This document shows, in pieces, positions 59,967-64,000 of a stretch of DNA of 64,000 nucleotides (positions are counted from its first letter, which is position 1; the number at the start of each line of letters is the position of its first letter). Source of the DNA: Candidatus Hydrogenedentota bacterium (GTDB lineage Bacteria > Hydrogenedentota > Hydrogenedentia > Hydrogenedentales > SLHB01). Below the pieces are notes generated by a model that worked only from the letters and a program-made list of their open reading frames with translations, made no database searches and had not been told where the DNA came from. The stretch spans positions 96,001-160,000 of the forward strand of contig CAXXTH010000003.1 in the NCBI GenBank assembly GCA_963668025.2, given 5' to 3'. The position numbers were made by a program, and so were the translations under genes.

Positions 59967-61238
59967 ATGCTCGACATTAAAATCCTTCGCGAAACACCGG
60001 AAATCCTCCTCGACGCCCTCAAAAAACGGGGCGCGAAGATTGATCTGGAGCCTGTTTTGTCGCTAGACCGGTCCCGGCGCGAATTGCTGTATGATTGTGA
60101 ACAGCTTCGCGCGGAACAGAACCGGGTTTCGGAAGAAATCGCCCTCAAGAAAAAAGCGAAAGAGGACGCTTCGGAAGCTATCGAAGCGATGCGGCTCGTC
60201 CGCGATAAGATCAAAGCAATGGAAGATCCGATTCGTGAGCTCGACCAACGCTTGCGCGACGCCATGCTTGTGATCCCCAATATCCCTAACGAAAGCGTGC
60301 CGGTCGGGCCCGATGACTCGGCTAACCAAGTAGTGCGCACCTGGGGGGAGCCGCGCACATTCGATTTTGAGCCAAAAGACCATGTGGACATTGGCGCGAA
60401 CCTGGGCATACTCGATTTGGAATGCGCCGCAAAACTCTCCGGGGCCCGCTTCAGCCTGCTGCGCGGTTCGGGGGCGCACCTCGAGCGGGCGCTTGTCAAT
60501 TTCTTTCTTGATACGCACACCCGCGAACACGGGTATACGGAAATTCTACCCCCATTCATGGTATCCGCCGCCAGCATGGAAGGCTCGGGACAGCTTCCGA
60601 AATTTGCTTCCGAGGCGTTCACCGTGGAAGGGCGTGACCTCTGGCTCGTGCCTACCGCGGAAGTGCCGTTGACCAATATGTTCCGCGATGACACGATAGA
60701 AGAATCGGCATTGCCGCTTGCATTCGCGGCTTATACCCCTTGCTTCCGTAGCGAGGCCGGCTCTTATGGCAAAGACACGCGCGGCATGTTCCGCCTACAC
60801 CAGTTTAACAAGGTCGAGTTGTACAAATTCACCACGCCCGGGCAATCATGGGAGGAACTGGAAAAACTGACCCATGACGCCGAGCATATTTTACAATTGC
60901 TGGGGCTGCCATACCGCACCATCTGTTTGTCCACGGGCGACATGGGTTTTTCATCGGCAAAAACCTATGACTTGGAAGTCTGGCTGCCTGGGCAAAATAC
61001 CTATCGGGAGATCAGTTCCTGCTCCAATTGCACCGACTTTCAAGCCCGCCGTGCGAATATCCGGTTCAAACATAACAAAAAACCGGAGTTCGTGCATACG
61101 CTGAACGGTTCCGGCCTGGCCGTGGGGCGCACGCTCATCGCGGTGCTCGAGAACTATCAGCAGGCGGATGGAACCGTGATTATCCCAGAAGTATTACAGC
61201 CTTATATGGGCGGGCAGACGCACATAACAGGGTTATGA
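59967..61238 (+). CDS. serS: Serine--tRNA ligase
   Basis: [60 protein letters not shown]. Confidence 0.98.
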   Translation: MLDIKILRETPEILLDALKKRGAKIDLEPVLSLDRSRRELLYDCEQLRAEQNRVSEEIALKKKAKEDASEAIEAMRLVRDKIKAMEDPIRELDQRLRDAMLVIPNIPNESVPVGPDDSANQVVRTWGEPRTFDFEPKDHVDIGANLGILDLECAAKLSGARFSLLRGSGAHLERALVNFFLDTHTREHGYTEILPPFMVSAASMEGSGQLPKFASEAFTVEGRDLWLVPTAEVPLTNMFRDDTIEESALPLAFAAYTPCFRSEAGSYGKDTRGMFRLHQFNKVELYKFTTPGQSWEELEKLTHDAEHILQLLGLPYRTICLSTGDMGFSSAKTYDLEVWLPGQNTYREISSCSNCTDFQARRANIRFKHNKKPEFVHTLNGSGLAVGRTLIAVLENYQQADGTVIIPEVLQPYMGGQTHITGL

Positions 61239-61256
61239 TACGCGGAAACGAGTAGA

Positions 61257-61285
61257 AGGCAGGCCGGGCAGGCCTGCCTGTTTTT
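61257..61285 (+). terminator. Rho-independent terminator
   Basis: aggcaggcc-gggca-ggcctgcct-gttttt. Confidence 0.8.
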
Positions 61286-61445
61286 ATTCTTATTCCATGC
61301 GGAATATACTGAATTTGCGGATTGGCCTATGATATAATTCTTTCAAGGCAGGCCTATGTGGCTAAGGCGGATCCGGGAATGCGCCGGAATTCCGCCATGT
61401 TAAGTTATAGGTTGAAAGTATATACGCGTCCAATCTGAGCGTGAC

Positions 61446-62270
61446 ATGGGGAAATGCGGCATGCAAAATGAAGACCTGATTTCGGCGGAAGCCATCCAGG
61501 CCGATCAATTAGCGGAACAAGCCACGCAAGAAGGAGATTTTGACAGGGCCATCGAGATCTATAAAGATGCGCTAAATGAAGCGCGCATCAACGAAGATGT
61601 GGCAAGTGCGGGCTTTTTATTCCGGCTGATGATGGCGACGACCGCGCATAAAGAGATAATCAAACATAACTATGACAGCGCCATACGGGTATATGAAATC
61701 GCTATCGGAACGGCGGTGCGGCTTCAAGATAAAAAATCGGCGGGCTTTTTCTTCCGCGAGCTTGTAGATACGCGTGCGGAGCTTCATTTATGGCATCGCC
61801 GTTTTTCCAGCGCGAAGGAAGTATACCGCAAGGGCATGAGCGATGCGGAGCGCATGGGCGATGCGGAATCCATCGCGTATTGCCAATGGCAAATGACGAA
61901 TCTATACATTGAATTTCCAAGCATGACCACGGGCAATCACGCGGTAAGCCTCATCAACAAGACGATCAGCATGTATGATACGCAATTGGGGGATCACCAT
62001 AAAACTATGCAGGTTGCCGCGGATATGTGCAGCACGTGCGCCCATGCCGGCAATGAACAAGGTATTAAGGTGTGTTCGGATACGGTAGAACAGATTAAAA
62101 AACGCATCGAGGCCAGCCCTGCATTACATGCGGCTCCAGAGCAGCCTACGCTGGAGCGGCCTCGCCTGAAAATTGCAAATCGGACGCCTATGTCTCCTCC
62201 CACACCTCAACGGGAGTCCGGAAGCGGAATGCATATTGGCGAGGATGTGCGCAAACGGCGTGATCGGTAG
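61446..62270 (+). CDS. TPR-like helical repeat protein
   Basis: Three ~48-aa repeats (..AI..Y..A...A....D..SAGF.FR). Confidence 0.7.
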   Translation: MGKCGMQNEDLISAEAIQADQLAEQATQEGDFDRAIEIYKDALNEARINEDVASAGFLFRLMMATTAHKEIIKHNYDSAIRVYEIAIGTAVRLQDKKSAGFFFRELVDTRAELHLWHRRFSSAKEVYRKGMSDAERMGDAESIAYCQWQMTNLYIEFPSMTTGNHAVSLINKTISMYDTQLGDHHKTMQVAADMCSTCAHAGNEQGIKVCSDTVEQIKKRIEASPALHAAPEQPTLERPRLKIANRTPMSPPTPQRESGSGMHIGEDVRKRRDR

Positions 62271-62386
62271 GTGGTGTTCAGCAAGGGGAGAATGAATTCC
62301 TAGAAATGCGCACGAAACAAAGCAAAGCGGCAAGCGCTATCGCAATTTGGGGGGCCAGATGACTTTTATCTGGTCTAGTGAATTAT

Positions 62387-64000
62387 ATGTCTAAAGAAAC
62401 GCTATCAGAGCTGCTTGACAAGATACGCAGGCTGGGTGCAGGGCAAGTTTTAGAGCTTACCCTGGAAGGCGCGAGGCTTCTTGCTGAGTTTCTAAAGAAA
62501 TGCCAGGAACGGTTAGCCAGTCTTCCGGAAGCAAGCCTCCAGCTTGTCGAAAAAGTAAAGCATGTGCTTTTTTACTGGCGGGAACGCCAACAAACGAGCG
62601 AGCCAGCCAAGCCGCCTCAGTCAAATGCGGAATCCAGCAGGGCGGAAAGCTTGCCGCAAAAAAAACAAGCCATGCCAAATCCGCCTTCTCCTCCATCCTC
62701 TGGGATAACGCCTTCTTACCGGAACCGTAGTTCCGATACAGACGACGAGAAAGGAGAACTCTCCGTGAGCGATGAACCTATATCGTGGGAACAAGCTCCT
62801 AACGGCGGGGAATCCATCGGTGGGAGGCCATCATGGGGAGCCGTGGATGCGGAAACGTTTTTCGAGCGCAAGCCCAAGCAGATTATTCATGTCCTTGGGG
62901 GAATCCCCGTGGATCTCACGGTGCGTGTCTATGAGGTGGAAGGCCATATCACGATAAAAGGCGATATTCCTGATGATGCGCTCGTGCTGGCGAAACGCGG
63001 GTGCGTGACCGTCGAAGGCTATGCGCTAGGCCATATTCTGGCATCAGGAGATATTTCGGTCAAACAGAATGTTCAAGGGGTGTGGCTGATATCTGTCCGG
63101 GGCGATGTCCGGGTGCGCAATGTGCTGCGAGGCGCAAAACTCGTGGCCCAAATGGGGCGCGTGCAATGCGCGGCCGTGGAATCGCCCGATTTATTATATG
63201 GGCGGTTAGGAGTGTCCGTGGAGGGAGAAGCCCGGGGCGGCATATTGAAAGGGCGCTCCATCTCGATTGGCGGTTCAGCAATTGGCGTGGAAATCCATGC
63301 CGTGGCGTCCGTCCGTTCGGAACGCTTCATGCTGGGGCCAGGCGGCTCGAGCACGGTATATTTGTGCAAGGCATTGACAAGCGAGGCGTATGGGCGTCCT
63401 ATCAGCGGTGAGGCGTTGAAGCTCAAACTAGCCATCACCCGGGACAGGCTTCGCCTGGTCAGCCTGACAAAATCGGAAATGCGTGCAAGCACAGACGTTC
63501 ATAATTGCACTCGAACTATGCTGTACTATATGCTTGTAGGCGCTGAGACCATGCAATATGTCCGCGAATTGCGCGGCGCGCAGACCCAGCTTATTTTTTT
63601 AGAGCAAATCATGGATTTAGCGCTTAGCCTTTCCTCCCAATTGAATGAAGCCGCGACGAATCCCACGGAAGAACAGATTAGAACAGCCCAAATAGCCGTG
63701 GAAGAGGCCGTGGACAACGCCAAGAGCCTTTCCGACAGCATTGGGTGGATTCCGCAGGAGTTCCGGCTGTATTGCGAAGCGGTTCTTTCCATTGCGGTGC
63801 GGCAGCTTACAACCATTCTCGAACGGGTTTCATACGCAGCTTCCACGGCGCAGCGCGCGTTTCGGGAATCGCAGCCGCTAGAAGAGCATATCACGGCGTT
63901 TGGGAAATGCGCGGAAGTCCTGGAACAGCAAGTCTTGGTATGGAAAGAAAAGAACGATGAAGCGCTAAAAGGAAAGCTAGTATTGCTTCAGCGCCTCTCT
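62387..64000 (+). CDS. Large hypothetical protein with a FapA/DUF342-like beta-solenoid and coiled coil (runs off the window)
   Basis: Manual translation from ATG 62387 (MSKETLSELL...) gives repeats such as GHITIKGDI, GCVTVEG, GDISVKQNV and GDVRVRNV. The ORF track reports no stop-terminated ORF in this frame, consistent with it staying open to the window end. Confidence 0.6.
   Translation, partial: MSKETLSELLDKIRRLGAGQVLELTLEGARLLAEFLKKCQERLASLPEASLQLVEKVKHVLFYWRERQQTSEPAKPPQSNAESSRAESLPQKKQAMPNPPSPPSSGITPSYRNRSSDTDDEKGELSVSDEPISWEQAPNGGESIGGRPSWGAVDAETFFERKPKQIIHVLGGIPVDLTVRVYEVEGHITIKGDIPDDALVLAKRGCVTVEGYALGHILASGDISVKQNVQGVWLISVRGDVRVRNVLRGAKLVAQMGRVQCAAVESPDLLYGRLGVSVEGEARGGILKGRSISIGGSAIGVEIHAVASVRSERFMLGPGGSSTVYLCKALTSEAYGRPISGEALKLKLAITRDRLRLVSLTKSEMRASTDVHNCTRTMLYYMLVGAETMQYVRELRGAQTQLIFLEQIMDLALSLSSQLNEAATNPTEEQIRTAQIAVEEAVDNAKSLSDSIGWIPQEFRLYCEAVLSIAVRQLTTILERVSYAASTAQRAFRESQPLEEHITAFGKCAEVLEQQVLVWKEKNDEALKGKLVLLQRLS

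Noticed and set aside
1-64000. Numerous 60-250-aa overlapping or antisense ORFs in the track
   Set aside because: They are shadow ORFs of GC-rich coding sequence or translations of REP repeats, with no RBS or recognisable motifs.

Overview
A GC-rich bacterial chromosomal segment. PEP-CTERM, H-X9-DG and alginate-export-type proteins suggest a diderm such as Candidatus Hydrogenedentes or a PVC relative (inference). It contains the start of a MoxR/DUF58/BatA-type operon and a cell-surface glycosylation region (GT2, three GT-C-like membrane proteins, a UDP-sugar dehydrogenase, an outer-membrane beta-barrel, CgeB- and PMT-like glycosyltransferases, and a sigma54-preceded PEP-CTERM gene). There are two near-identical 1.8-kb ISKra4-type IS copies with 9-bp target duplications and a -1 slippery site. 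Housekeeping genes include carB, ilvE, nagB, purC, purF, dxs, parAB and serS. An accessory stretch at about 45.2-51.6 kb holds an orphan VapB, a promoter-driven, highly structured ~215-nt non-coding RNA candidate between two inverted ~200-bp repeats, a SNF2 helicase fused to a PD-(D/E)XK nuclease, and an AT-rich orphan gene, each separated by REP-containing composite repeats. Further long structured intergenic RNA candidates lie at about 4.05-4.4 kb, in front of purC-purF, and in front of a secreted protein gene. Single-base frameshifts in carB, the glycosyltransferases and IS copy 1 look like sequencing or assembly indels. No rRNA, tRNA, CRISPR array or reverse transcriptase was seen. All RNA structures were inferred by eye, and no database searches were run.
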